A stretch of DNA of 63,448 nucleotides from a virus. The position numbers and the translations under genes were made by a program. The notes beneath the pieces are model-generated. The model was not told the origin of the DNA. It saw nothing but the letters and a program-made list of their open reading frames with translations, and made no database searches. The stretch is taken from IMG/VR virus record IMGVR_UViG_3300023296_000800. One strand, given 5' to 3'. Shown in pieces: positions 63,345 through 63,448 of this stretch (within the stretch, counting starts at the first letter, position 1; every line of letters starts with the position of its first letter).

Positions 63345-63448
63345 TGCACATTATTAAAAAGATAACATGGGAAGAAATTTTACCAGTCTGGAGGGATCAT
63401 CTATGGATAGAAAGAAAATCAGTCATAGAATCAACCAGTGCCATGTGT
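63344..63448 (+). CDS. Start of next ORF (3'-truncated), possibly GNAT acetyltransferase
   Basis: TAATG-coupled MHIIKKITWEEILPVWRDHLWIERKSVIESTSAM. Confidence 0.5.
   Translation, partial: MHIIKKITWEEILPVWRDHLWIERKSVIESTSAMC

Overview
A 63.4 kb segment of a large AT-rich lytic dsDNA bacteriophage, probably a jumbo T4-superfamily myovirus of a marine proteobacterium (inferred from proteobacterial-type ErpA, ClpP, ClpX and MSHA-like pilins, NTAAATA late-promoter motifs and consensus sigma70 early promoters). In order: (1) SOD C-terminus, erpA, a kinase-like gene and two fibre-like genes; (2) a minus-strand RNA cluster at 2.7-7.2 kb with 24 tRNA genes covering all 20 amino acids, interleaved with unexplained structured RNAs; (3) an array of small early genes at 7-25 kb, including an HD hydrolase, an Rnl2-type ligase and RtcB; (4) a host-takeover block with clpP, two tandem type IV pilins, clpS, Hsp20, bS21, clpX, lipoproteins and DNA ligase; (5) a second small-gene array at 41-53 kb sharing paralogs and junction repeats with the first; (6) a late-expressed sugar-phosphate, 2OG-oxygenase and subtilase block. 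The best candidates for new biology are three covarying copies of a modular tRNA-mimic ncRNA (4248-4740), three RNAs sharing a self-complementary UUGAUCA loop (one an Ala-acceptor tRNA-like RNA), and the phage-encoded pilin pair. All calls come from motif recognition and folding by eye; no database searches were run.
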